A stretch of DNA of 40,763 bases from an uncultured Heliomicrobium sp. (GTDB lineage Bacteria > Acidobacteriota > Blastocatellia > RBC074). How positions within the stretch are numbered: position 1 is the stretch's first letter; every line of letters begins with the position of its first letter. Where the stretch lies: the NCBI GenBank assembly GCA_964639915.1, contig CAZXHW010000001.1, forward strand, positions 1 to 40,763, in the 5' to 3' direction. The notes below the pieces were generated by a model, which saw only the letters and a program-made list of their open reading frames with translations, was not told where the DNA came from and did no database searches. Positions 32,175 to 40,763 of the stretch are shown piece after piece. Both the position numbers and the translations under genes were made by a program.

Positions 32175-33115
32175 TGCTTATGCCCCTTTCTCCTTACACC
32201 AATTTCACGCGCGAAGAGTGGAGCCAGTTGCGCAATTCAACGCCGCTGACGCTGACGGAAGAAGACCTGGCCAATTTGCGCGGCATTAACGAACGCATTT
32301 CATTGCGCGACGTTGAGGACACTTACTTGCCGTTGTCGCGCTTGTTGAACCTGTACGTTGGCGCAACCCAAAGCCTGCACGAAGCCACGCACACTTTCCT
32401 GGGCGATCCAACGGACAGGGTTCCTTATGTCATCGGCATCGCTGGCAGCGTCGCCGTCGGCAAAAGCACCACCGCCCGCATCCTGCAAGCGTTGCTGGCG
32501 CGATGGCGCAATCATCCGAAAGTGGATTTGATTACGACGGATGGTTTTCTGCATCCAACTGCCGTGCTGGAATCGCGCGGGTTGATGAAGCGCAAAGGCT
32601 TCCCGGAAAGTTATGACCGGCGGCGGCTGGTCAAGTTCGTAGCCGACGTGAAATCCGGCGAGCCCGAAGTTACTGCTCCAATTTATTCGCACCTAATTTA
32701 TGACATCGTGCCCGATCAAGTGCAGACCGTGCGGCAGCCGGACATTATGATCGTCGAAGGGTTGAACGTGTTGCAGACCGGCGTCGGCACAGCGGAAAGC
32801 GATTCACCAATTTTCGTCTCTGATTATTTCGACTTTTCGATCTACGTTGACGCTGACGAAGAAGACATCAAAACCTGGTATGTCAACCGTTTCCTGACGC
32901 TGCGGCGCACGGCCTTCCGCGATCCGATTTCCTATTTTCATCGCTACTCAACGCTTTCGGATGAAGAAGCGCGGGAAACTGCGCTGAAAATTTGGGAAGA
33001 AATCAACGGATTGAATTTGCGGGAAAACATTTTGCCGACGCGAACCCGCGCGCATCTGATTCTGGAAAAAGGTCTGGATCATTCCATCCAGCAGGTGAAG
33101 CTGAGAAAGCTGTGA
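32174..33115 (+). CDS. coaA: Type I pantothenate kinase
   Basis: The P-loop is [26 protein letters not shown] and IVEGLNVLQ are also present, and the length of about 313 aa is as in enterobacterial CoaA. The ATG overlaps the preceding stop by 1 nt; an ATG at 32180 is an alternative start. Confidence 0.9.
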   Translation: MLMPLSPYTNFTREEWSQLRNSTPLTLTEEDLANLRGINERISLRDVEDTYLPLSRLLNLYVGATQSLHEATHTFLGDPTDRVPYVIGIAGSVAVGKSTTARILQALLARWRNHPKVDLITTDGFLHPTAVLESRGLMKRKGFPESYDRRRLVKFVADVKSGEPEVTAPIYSHLIYDIVPDQVQTVRQPDIMIVEGLNVLQTGVGTAESDSPIFVSDYFDFSIYVDADEEDIKTWYVNRFLTLRRTAFRDPISYFHRYSTLSDEEARETALKIWEEINGLNLRENILPTRTRAHLILEKGLDHSIQQVKLRKL

Positions 33116-33147
33116 TCAAAATCGAGCCAACCAAGATTGAGACATAA

Positions 33148-33245
33148 TTTTTAGACAGGATTTTCAAGATGTTTCAGGATTGGCAAAAAGAATCTTGCTG
33201 TCTGGTGAATCATAATCTTGAAAAATCCTGCTCATCCTGTCTAAA
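33148..33245. repeat. Palindromic CAGGATT/AATCCTG element, copy 2 (13-bp perfect terminal inverted repeat)
   Basis: TTTTAGACAGGAT (33148-33160) is the exact reverse complement of ATCCTGTCTAAAA (33233-33245). The first 29 nt from GACAGGATT match copy 1 at 26 of 29 positions. It lies between convergent coaA and the GT2 gene. Confidence 0.75.
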
Positions 33246-33260
33246 AGTTTTGTGCTCCGA

Positions 33261-33935
33261 TTAGCGCAGCGTTTTGTACCAGCGATTCAGCCGATTCGGA
33301 TCAACGCCCAGCCAATACAAAATTTGCATCATCACCCACAACGCAAACGTGCGAACAAATCGCCCTTCAAACCTTCGCGAAGAAGTCATTGCCGCAGCGC
33401 GCAATCGCACGAATTTTCCAACTTTCCGCATCCGCCGGTACAGATCGCAATCTTCAAAAATCGGATAGTCGCGATAGCCGCCCAATTGATCAAAAACGCT
33501 CCGGCGAATAAAAATCGCCGAATCTCCATAACACATTCCGCCCAGCCGCAACAGCGGATACATCTTGGTCAGCAACCGTGCTTCGCGCGTGCCGCCGTCA
33601 AAAACCAAATTAAAATTGCCTCCACAAATTCGCTGGTCCTGTAGCAGGTCTTCAATCATCGCCAATGCGCCTTCGGGCAGGCGAGTGTCGGCATGTAAAA
33701 ACAGCAGCGTATCGCCAGTCGCCAATTGCGCTCCGGCGTTCATCTGCTGCCCTCGGCCACGCGGAGTTTCGATCACGCGCAAACCGCATTTGCGCGCCAG
33801 TCTGACAGTTTCATCCTGACTGCCACCATCGGCAACGATGATTTCAAAATCGCCGCGCAGCCGCTGCAGCGACGTAGCCAATTCCTGAACAATCGCCTCT
33901 TCATTAAACGTCGGGATGATAATCGAGATTTTCAC
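33261..33935 (-). CDS. Family-2 glycosyltransferase-like protein (small, single-domain)
   Basis: [13 protein letters not shown]...[14 protein letters not shown]...[11 protein letters not shown]...LLFLHADT...[10 protein letters not shown]. From memory it resembles the short 'transferase 2' GT-A family. It starts 20 nt downstream of the CHAT gene stop. Confidence 0.8.
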   Translation of the reverse strand: MKISIIIPTFNEEAIVQELATSLQRLRGDFEIIVADGGSQDETVRLARKCGLRVIETPRGRGQQMNAGAQLATGDTLLFLHADTRLPEGALAMIEDLLQDQRICGGNFNLVFDGGTREARLLTKMYPLLRLGGMCYGDSAIFIRRSVFDQLGGYRDYPIFEDCDLYRRMRKVGKFVRLRAAAMTSSRRFEGRFVRTFALWVMMQILYWLGVDPNRLNRWYKTLR

Positions 33936-33955
33936 TGGCTGCGGTTCTTCTTAAC

Positions 33956-36900
33956 TTATCGCCACTCTCCTTGCAGCGCGAAAGCCGCCCAGTAATAGGG
34001 TTCACGCCATTGGCTTTCTTTCAGCATTTCCATCTGCGCGGCGCGAAGTGCAGCAGCCGGTCGCAAGTTTTCTTTCAGCATTTTGCGGTAAAATCGCGCC
34101 ATCAAGTCGGCAGTTGCCTTGTCATTAACCGACCACAGACTGACGACCACCCGCGGCGCTCCGGCGTACATAAACCCGCGCGTCAGTCCGACCAGCCCTT
34201 CGCCTTTGATTTCTTTGCCGAGACCAGTTTCGCAGGCGCTCAACACGACAACATCAGAGTTCAGTTGCAGGTTGTACACTTCATACGCATAAAGGAACCC
34301 GCTCTGTTGCGCGCCATCTTTATTAATCAACGAAAGCACCAAGGCCGAAAATTCCGGACGTTCGCTGTCTAGATAGCCGTGCGTGGCAAAGTGAACATAT
34401 CGGTATTGACTCAAATCTTTGGCCGTCGCCGTTGCGCGACTGGCATCAAAATCCAGCGCCTCTTTGCGGTCGGCTTCGGGAACCAGCGCCAGAATCTTTT
34501 CAGCTTCCTGCCGCGTGTAAGGCAATCGCATGATTCGCATTTCGCCAGTCGCTTCGGCGTTTTTTTCCTTGATGTGTTTCAACGACCGCTCTTCGGCAAC
34601 GGCTTGCGATTGAGACTTTTCGGCTTCTTTTGGTTGTGGAACGGGCACGTTGCCCTGATTGCTGATTGTCGGCCTGGCCATCGTTCGGACTCGTTCGTCG
34701 TCTTTTTCAAAAACCGGATCAGCCAACACCGCCAGCATTTTTGGCGCGATTTGCCGTTGCGCCGTATCACGACGCAGAACTGCCATGGTCGAAGCCGACG
34801 GCAAATTGACGATTTCGTGATCCTGAATCAGCGGCCGGTGGTCAATAGTCGGCGGTTGGTTGGGAACAGTTTTTTTGTTGGCAACGGTTAAAGCCGCAAA
34901 CGGAACATACTGCAACGCGCCAGAAGCGACGATCACCAGTCGTTTTTTGCCGAGTTGTGAAACCACAGGCTTAATCAACGTGTTGCTCAAATAACGCAGC
35001 GCCTGAAGCCCTCGCGCTTTTCGCTCGCTTTCCGTAATTTCCACGCCTTCATGTTTCAATCGGCGTTTGCTGTTTGGCTGATTGGGTTTGCTCAGCCATT
35101 CGTAAGCGTTGCGCGCTTCTGCTTCCAGCTTTGCGCGCGGAGGCAAAACGTAACTGGTGATTCTGGTTGGCGTAACGGCCCACAAAAAGCTCTGCTTTTC
35201 GCCAAGCCAGTATTCCAGCAGCAAAGTGTCATTGTCCAAAACCTGTTGCTGAATTTCTTTCAGGCTAAGCGGCGATGGCTGAGTCAACGCGGCATAACGC
35301 GGGCTTGCGCGGCGGATTTCTGACCGGACTTCGTTGTATTGCACGGTCAGGTCATCCACTTCTTTTTTTGCCGCAGCGACCTGTTCGGGTGACGGACGGC
35401 TGGCGTAAAGCCTGGACAGCGCGTCAGCTTTGCCGCTGAGCTGGTGATGCAGATTGCGCTCGCGCTCCAGCAATGTCGCGTCAACGCCTTCGCGAATGCT
35501 AGCGTTCGATTCGGCCAGAATTTCCAGCAGACTTCGCGCACGCGCGCGTTCGCTGACCTGCAACGCTTCACCGCTGAATCCTCCGCTGACCTCGCGACCA
35601 TTCATACGCATCAGCAGTTCAATATAAAAGTCGTAATACTTTTGCACCGTCGCGAAATACGAAGCCCGCAGTTCCTGGCTGGCGACTTTTGTGCGAAGCG
35701 ATTCAACGATGTTCAGCGTTTCTTCGATCTGGCTGCGCGATTGATCCAGTTCACCGGTATCCAGTTTGACGCGGGCGATTTCGTATTTTGCTTTGGCTTC
35801 CAGCGCGGGATCGCTGATTGCCCGGCTGAGTTCGGCGGCGCGGTTGAAATTCTCAAACGCTTTTTGCTTTTCGCCCGAAGCGCTTTCGATCAAACCGATA
35901 TTGATCAAAGTTTCGGACTCGCCAGCGCGATTGCCAACTTCACGATGCAGCGGCAATCCCTGATTCGAAAATTCCAGCGATTTGTCACGCTGATCCAGCG
36001 AGCGGTAAACCATTCCCGTCGCCGTCAACGTGATGGCTTCGCCGCGCTTGTCTTTCAACTGACGCCAGACGGGCAGGGCCTGGGTTAGATAATCCAGCGC
36101 CTTTTGCGTGTCTTCAAGCTCGTAATGCAGAAAACCCAGTAAATGCAGCGTGTCGGCTTCGACAGTGCGATTGCCGGTTGTGCGGTGAATTTCCAGCGCC
36201 TGCAAATACATCTCGCGCGCTTTTTCTTTTTCACCAAGCGAAGAATATAGCGTCGCCAAATTCGTCGAGATAATGCCTTCAACCTGTTTCGCACCAATAG
36301 AGCGAGCCAGGGTTAACGCTTGAGCGTAATAATCCAGCGACTTCTGCTTTTCGCCGAGCAAGTCATACGCTTCGCCGATGTTTTGAATGGCGCTGACTTC
36401 GCCATCTGCGCGTTTGGCTTCGCGCCACAATGGCAGCGCCTGATTGTAATAATCCAGCGCGCGCAGATTTTCGCCCAAATCTGAATAAACACTGCCGATG
36501 TTGGTCAGTGTGCTGGCTTCGCCGAGCTTGTCATTGGCGGCACGGCGCAACGGCAAAACCTGATCGAACGATTCGGCGGCTTTTCGTTTTTCGCCAAGCG
36601 CAAAATAAATCGCCGCCATGTTGTTCAGCACCGTCGCTTCCAGGCCGCGATTGTTCACTTCACGCGCCAACGCCAGCGCCTGGTTGTATTGCTCAAGCGC
36701 CTGTTGCTTTTCGCCGAGCGTGTTCTGAACCAAGCCCAGAAAATTCAGCGTGCTGGCTTCTTCGCGTTTACGACCCAAGCTGCGCCAGATCGGCAATGCT
36801 TGCTGGAAGTATCCAAGCGCCTCTTTGTTAGTTCCCCGGTCGCGATTGACCGCGCCCAGGTCAAGCAGCGTGTTGGCTTCGCCCATTTGATCTTTAGCCG

Positions 36901-37912
36901 CTTGATAAACTTTCAGGGCTTCGGCGTAAGCGTCCAGCGCCTTCGGTTTATCGTTCATCGCTTCATAAGTTCGACCGATCCGAACGTGCATCTCGGCTTC
37001 GCGGCTTCGATCGCCGAGCTTTTGCCAAACCGTTCTGGCTTGCGCGAACGATTCAATCGCCTGTTGGCGTTCTCCCGCCGCAAGCTGCGTCGCCCCCATC
37101 GAAGTCACGACAATGGCTTCGCCGCGTTGGTTTGCGACTTCCTGCATGATCGGCAACGCCTGGCGAAAGAAATCCATCGCCGGTTTGAACTGTCCCATCG
37201 CCTGCTGCGTTTGCCCCAGATTGGTCAATGCGCTGGCTTCGCCCTTGCGGTCTTTCAGTTCACGCCGCAATTCCAAAGCCTGATTGAAGTAATCCAGCGC
37301 CTGCTGATTTTCACGCAGCGTGCGGGAAAGATCGCCAAGCGAATTCAGCGCCGTCGCCTGCTTTTCCTTATCACCCGTGACACGCCACAGCTTCAGCGCT
37401 TCTGTGTAAGCGGCCAGTGCGGCTTTCTTTTCTTCCGCTGCCTGACGCGGGCGAAGCTGTTCGCCTTTGGCAAATTGGCGCTCGGCTTCGATGCGTTCAG
37501 GATCAAGCTTTTCAATTGCGCGAAGTTCGACCAGTTTGATGGAAAACTTATTGGTTTCTTTTTCCTGCGAAGCCAGTTCGACGCGATAGTTGCCGCCGAT
37601 GCCCGCAATCAATGACACGTTGGCAGAGTCTGGCGAATCCTGATTCCACTGGTATTCGGCGACCGATTTGCCATCCGGCCCAAACAACTTGATGGAAAGG
37701 CGAACGTCTTTTGCCAAAACCGTGACGCGCGCGAAATCCAGCGTCTTCAGCGAAAGCTGATATGACTGGGTTTCGCCGCCGCGCAGTTCGGCTTCGACGG
37801 CTTTATCCAATTCCAATTGGGCCGGTTGCTGACTTCTGGTTGCGCCAGTGAGAAGAGAAAATCCAAACAGGAAAACGATGAAAAGCTGAGCAATACGATA
37901 TTGACGAAGCAA
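33956..37912 (-). CDS. TPR-repeat CHAT-domain (caspase-like) protease with an N-terminal signal/anchor sequence
   Basis: The TTG start has GGAGG 7 nt upstream. The N-terminal hydrophobic segment is [18 protein letters not shown]. Thirteen consecutive 40-aa TPR-like units follow. The C-terminal CHAT domain has the His (HFATHGY, codon 34379-34381) and the Cys (VVLSACETG, codon 34232-34234). Confidence 0.9.
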   Translation of the reverse strand: MLRQYRIAQLFIVFLFGFSLLTGATRSQQPAQLELDKAVEAELRGGETQSYQLSLKTLDFARVTVLAKDVRLSIKLFGPDGKSVAEYQWNQDSPDSANVSLIAGIGGNYRVELASQEKETNKFSIKLVELRAIEKLDPERIEAERQFAKGEQLRPRQAAEEKKAALAAYTEALKLWRVTGDKEKQATALNSLGDLSRTLRENQQALDYFNQALELRRELKDRKGEASALTNLGQTQQAMGQFKPAMDFFRQALPIMQEVANQRGEAIVVTSMGATQLAAGERQQAIESFAQARTVWQKLGDRSREAEMHVRIGRTYEAMNDKPKALDAYAEALKVYQAAKDQMGEANTLLDLGAVNRDRGTNKEALGYFQQALPIWRSLGRKREEASTLNFLGLVQNTLGEKQQALEQYNQALALAREVNNRGLEATVLNNMAAIYFALGEKRKAAESFDQVLPLRRAANDKLGEASTLTNIGSVYSDLGENLRALDYYNQALPLWREAKRADGEVSAIQNIGEAYDLLGEKQKSLDYYAQALTLARSIGAKQVEGIISTNLATLYSSLGEKEKAREMYLQALEIHRTTGNRTVEADTLHLLGFLHYELEDTQKALDYLTQALPVWRQLKDKRGEAITLTATGMVYRSLDQRDKSLEFSNQGLPLHREVGNRAGESETLINIGLIESASGEKQKAFENFNRAAELSRAISDPALEAKAKYEIARVKLDTGELDQSRSQIEETLNIVESLRTKVASQELRASYFATVQKYYDFYIELLMRMNGREVSGGFSGEALQVSERARARSLLEILAESNASIREGVDATLLERERNLHHQLSGKADALSRLYASRPSPEQVAAAKKEVDDLTVQYNEVRSEIRRASPRYAALTQPSPLSLKEIQQQVLDNDTLLLEYWLGEKQSFLWAVTPTRITSYVLPPRAKLEAEARNAYEWLSKPNQPNSKRRLKHEGVEITESERKARGLQALRYLSNTLIKPVVSQLGKKRLVIVASGALQYVPFAALTVANKKTVPNQPPTIDHRPLIQDHEIVNLPSASTMAVLRRDTAQRQIAPKMLAVLADPVFEKDDERVRTMARPTISNQGNVPVPQPKEAEKSQSQAVAEERSLKHIKEKNAEATGEMRIMRLPYTRQEAEKILALVPEADRKEALDFDASRATATAKDLSQYRYVHFATHGYLDSERPEFSALVLSLINKDGAQQSGFLYAYEVYNLQLNSDVVVLSACETGLGKEIKGEGLVGLTRGFMYAGAPRVVVSLWSVNDKATADLMARFYRKMLKENLRPAAALRAAQMEMLKESQWREPYYWAAFALQGEWR
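35798..37357 (-). repeat. Coding array of 13 contiguous 120-nt (40-aa) TPR-like units
   Basis: Each unit has the pattern A-x-x-L-x-x-[LIM]-G-...-G-E-x-x-x-A-L-x-x-[YF]-x-Q-A-L-...-G-E. I counted units from [10 protein letters not shown] to ...AISDPALE. Confidence 0.8.
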
Positions 37913-38032
37913 AGCGAGCCTCCGTTAAAGAAGTAACGCTCACGGGCAAGCGTTCGGGGTTGATAAGGCTTAACGGGATTTCAAACGGGAGCGCAGGGGG
38001 AAGAAAACGGCGCGCATCTTCTGTTTTCCGTT

Positions 38033-39727
38033 TCAATGATGTTCCAGCTTAATCAGGTGAACCATCACGTCACCGACGCCGGAAATTTTGGTGACCTTAT
38101 TGGCGTCGTCTTTGGCAACAGTTACCGGAATCGCGGAATGTTTGGCGATCAAATCGCGTATTGTGCGTATTTGCTCCGGGTCGGTGATTTGGCCCTTATC
38201 CTTGGGATTTGCCAGTGATTTAACAATTTCAAGTTCCGGCAACCGCTTAGACGACCAAATCAGCCAAAGTTTCTCAGTTCCCTGGTCCTCATCGAAAACA
38301 AAACCATCGCCAATTGTCGGGATATTGATTTGTTGATTCGCGCCAAGTTCCGATTTGTTGTCGTTGGCCGTCGGCGAAGGAAACAGCGTGACGTATTCGG
38401 GCAAGCCATTCACTGGCTCTGGCGACTCGTTGATGATGTACAGGGAACCTTGCTGCGCCGCGCTGACATTGAACTGGACATGATAATCGTCCTCGAAAAC
38501 GACTTCGCTCGCCAGCCTGAAAGGAGCTTGATACGGTTTGTTATCGCGGTATTTCTGCACCATCACCCAATAACTGAAAGCAGGCTTTGCCACTACTGGG
38601 TCAACAATGTCAGGCGGCTTTTGTTTCGTAAACAGCCACGCGGCAATGGCAACGACGGCGATCACCGCTGCAACGGCAACCCATTTCAATGGCGAACCCG
38701 CCGGTTTTCCATCCGTACGGATTTTGGTTTCGTCCAGTGCCGTCTGACGCGCTTCGGCGGAACCTGTTGCGTTGTCATAGCGCATTGTCGGAACCATCGA
38801 ATCTACCGACTTTCCTATCGGACGCTGTTCCCCTGTTAATGCAGCAGCCAAATCTTCGGCAAATTCCTGAACCGTTTTGTAACGATCTTCGGCATTAAAC
38901 GATAGCGCTTTCAGCAAGGAGGCTTCGGCAGTTTCAGTCAAATTTCCGCGAAGTTCTCTGGGTTTGACGATTGCGCCTTCGCGTTGCATTTCGTAAAGGT
39001 CAACTGCCGAACCGGCTTTGAAGGGTGGACGCCCGGTCAGCATTTCGTACGCGACCGCGCCAAGCCCGTAAATGTCGCTTTCAGCAATCGGCTTGCCGCG
39101 CAACTGTTCCGGAGCCATATACGGCGGAGTTCCGGCAATCCAGGTGACTTCGACATTCGTGGCGACTTCTGAATCTTTGATGCGCGCGACGCCAAAATCA
39201 ATCAGCTTTATCTGCTGACGACCGCCTCCGACTTCTTCCAGCATGATGTTTTCGGGCTTCAGGTCTCGATGATAAACGCCCTTTTCGTGCGCGGCAGCCA
39301 AAGCTTCGCCCATTTGCCGAACGATGGCAGCCACGCGATCAAAATCCATGCCTTGCGGAATCATCGCCGAACGCAGCGTGTTGCCTTCGACAAACTGCAT
39401 CACCAGAAAGGGTTTGCCGTCAGGCATTGCGCCCGTATCCAGCACGCCCACCACGCCGGGATGGTTGATGCGCGCCAGCGCTTCCATCTCTTGTTTGAAC
39501 TTCTTCTGAAACCATAAATCGTACCGATCATCGCCGCGTTCCGCGATCAGAACTTTGATCACTACCGCGCGATTCAGCAATTGCCGGTCACGCGCCAGAA
39601 AGACCAACCCTAATCCGCCTTTGCCAAGCACGCGCTCAATCAGATACCGATCTTTCAGTACCAATCCTAGATAATCGGTCGAAGAGATCGCTTCACCCAG
39701 CGTTGAAGAGGTATTTTCGTTGTCCAT
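38033..39727 (-). CDS. Transmembrane Ser/Thr protein kinase with a C-terminal DUF4384-like extracytoplasmic domain
   Basis: The kinase motifs are GKGGLGLV, VVIKVL, HRDLKPEN, DFGVAR and GTPPYMAPEQ. The TM segment is WVAVAAVIAVVAIAAWLF. The C-terminus, with GSLYIINESP...LFPSP...EKLWLIW, resembles DUF4384. The start is the ATG at 39727. Confidence 0.85.
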   Translation of the reverse strand: MDNENTSSTLGEAISSTDYLGLVLKDRYLIERVLGKGGLGLVFLARDRQLLNRAVVIKVLIAERGDDRYDLWFQKKFKQEMEALARINHPGVVGVLDTGAMPDGKPFLVMQFVEGNTLRSAMIPQGMDFDRVAAIVRQMGEALAAAHEKGVYHRDLKPENIMLEEVGGGRQQIKLIDFGVARIKDSEVATNVEVTWIAGTPPYMAPEQLRGKPIAESDIYGLGAVAYEMLTGRPPFKAGSAVDLYEMQREGAIVKPRELRGNLTETAEASLLKALSFNAEDRYKTVQEFAEDLAAALTGEQRPIGKSVDSMVPTMRYDNATGSAEARQTALDETKIRTDGKPAGSPLKWVAVAAVIAVVAIAAWLFTKQKPPDIVDPVVAKPAFSYWVMVQKYRDNKPYQAPFRLASEVVFEDDYHVQFNVSAAQQGSLYIINESPEPVNGLPEYVTLFPSPTANDNKSELGANQQINIPTIGDGFVFDEDQGTEKLWLIWSSKRLPELEIVKSLANPKDKGQITDPEQIRTIRDLIAKHSAIPVTVAKDDANKVTKISGVGDVMVHLIKLEHH

Positions 39728-39755
39728 AAGAACAATGAGAGTTTGGGAAACGCGC

Positions 39756-40763
39756 CTATGCCGCTTCCCGGATTCCAGCCTTCGCGGCTTCGATAAAGGC
39801 GCGCGCATTTTCCACCGGAACCATCGGCATAATTCCATGGCCCAAATTCATAATGTGACCAGTCGGACCGGCCTTTTTCAGAATTTCCCGAACGCCTTCG
39901 CCAATGGTTTCCGGCGTGCCGAGCAGCGCACAAGGATCCAGATTTCCCTGCAAAGCAAGATTGTCGAACCCGGCTGCTTGCAACCGTTTATTCGCTTCAG
40001 CGATGTCAATTCGCCAATCCAGGCTCAGAACGTTTGCGCCGGATTCGGCCATTTTTTCCAGCACAGCACTGCAACCGTTGACGTACAAAATCGCCGGAAC
40101 GCTCAAGCCGCCAGGACCACGGTGCAGCCGTGAGAAAATCCGCTGGTAATATTCCAGCGCAAACTCTTCAAAATCATCGGCTGACAATTCACCCGCCCAC
40201 GTGTCGAACAGTTGCACAACCTGTGCTCCGGCTTCGATCTGAGCGTTCAGATAATCGGTGACTGTATCGGCGATCTTTTCCAGCAATTGATGAAGCAGCG
40301 CCGGATTGGCGTACATCATTCGTTTGATTTCCACGAAGTTGCGCGAAGTGCCGCCTTCGATCAGGTACGAAGCCAGCGTGAATGGCGCTCCGGCAAACCC
40401 AATCAGCGGCGCGCGATTGTCCAGTTCCTGCCGCAACAATCGGATCACGTCCATCACAAAGCCAGTTTTTTCCACAGGGTCCGGCACAATCAGCTTTTCA
40501 ACCTGTTCCGCCGTTCGAATCGGCGTTTCGATCACCGGCCCACGGCTTTCAATAACATCCAGCTTGACGCCCATCGCTTCAACGGGGATCAGAATATCTG
40601 AAAACATAATCACCGCGTCCACACCCAGAATGTCGAACGGCTGCATGGAAACTTCCGCCGCCATTTCCGGAGTCTTGCACAGCGTCAAAAAATCCGTTTT
40701 GCCGCGCACCGCGCGGTATTCAGGCAAGTATCGGCCAGCTTGCCGCATCATCCATACCGGAGC
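39756..40763 (-). CDS. hemE: Uroporphyrinogen decarboxylase (N-terminus truncated by the window end)
   Basis: The frame is open to the window end. APVWMMRQAGRYLPEYR is the classic HemE N-terminal motif, and the remainder is collinear with HemE. Confidence 0.9.
   Translation of the reverse strand, partial: APVWMMRQAGRYLPEYRAVRGKTDFLTLCKTPEMAAEVSMQPFDILGVDAVIMFSDILIPVEAMGVKLDVIESRGPVIETPIRTAEQVEKLIVPDPVEKTGFVMDVIRLLRQELDNRAPLIGFAGAPFTLASYLIEGGTSRNFVEIKRMMYANPALLHQLLEKIADTVTDYLNAQIEAGAQVVQLFDTWAGELSADDFEEFALEYYQRIFSRLHRGPGGLSVPAILYVNGCSAVLEKMAESGANVLSLDWRIDIAEANKRLQAAGFDNLALQGNLDPCALLGTPETIGEGVREILKKAGPTGHIMNLGHGIMPMVPVENARAFIEAAKAGIREAA

Noticed and set aside
33261-39838. I looked for known CHAT partners next to the TPR-CHAT gene: a gasdermin-like pore former, a STAND/NACHT ATPase and type III-E cas genes.
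   Set aside because: The flanking ORFs are confidently a GT2 transferase, a Ser/Thr kinase and hemE. No unassigned ORF of suitable size exists in the 20-nt and 120-nt gaps.
1-40763. I looked for a prophage, an IS element, an integron or a genomic island with flanking direct repeats or a tRNA target.
   Set aside because: I found no integrase, transposase, recombinase or phage structural genes and no tRNA genes. The only mobile-looking sequences are the short non-autonomous palindromic elements reported above.

Overview
This is a 40.8-kb, densely coding chromosomal segment with about 33 protein genes. I found no rRNA, tRNA, CRISPR array, transposase, integrase or phage genes. All identifications below come from motif reading; no searches were run.

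Housekeeping anchors are argG (3' fragment at the left edge), purB-purS, a gamma-glutamyltransferase-like gene, a FadB-like bifunctional beta-oxidation enzyme, coaA, and hemE (N-terminus cut by the right edge).

Accessory and signalling modules sit between these anchors:
- a bacterial animal-type haem peroxidase
- two secreted VWA proteins, each followed by a mini membrane protein
- an FmdB zinc-ribbon protein
- a glycine-repeat tail-fibre-like secreted protein
- a Crp-like regulator divergent from an ECF sigma factor, which is followed on the + strand by a transmembrane Ser/Thr kinase (PD40 propeller), then MoxR, DUF58 and a transglutaminase-like protein
- a ChrA / PhyH / GNAT / DinB chain
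- an F420-reductase-like / M20 / SDR / YdjM / CoaA chain
- a second Ser/Thr kinase (DUF4384-like ectodomain), a 1318-aa TPR-CHAT caspase-like protease and a GT2 transferase

The gene content (VWA proteins of the acidobacterial type, ECF-kinase pairing, PD40 kinase, TPR-CHAT) suggests an Acidobacteriota-like genome. That is inference only.

The observations most worth a second look are:
1. A 120-bp heptad-based palindromic DNA element sits exactly in frame (40 codons) in the activation loop of the ECF-linked kinase.
2. Related GGATT/AATCC-type palindromic elements lie at several gene junctions.
3. The signal-peptide-bearing TPR-CHAT protease, with a DUF4384-like kinase and a GT2 transferase, is a candidate uncharacterised envelope proteolysis and signalling module.
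4. The ECF sigma and kinase pair has no anti-sigma gene and is fused into a co-directional array with MoxR-DUF58-transglutaminase.
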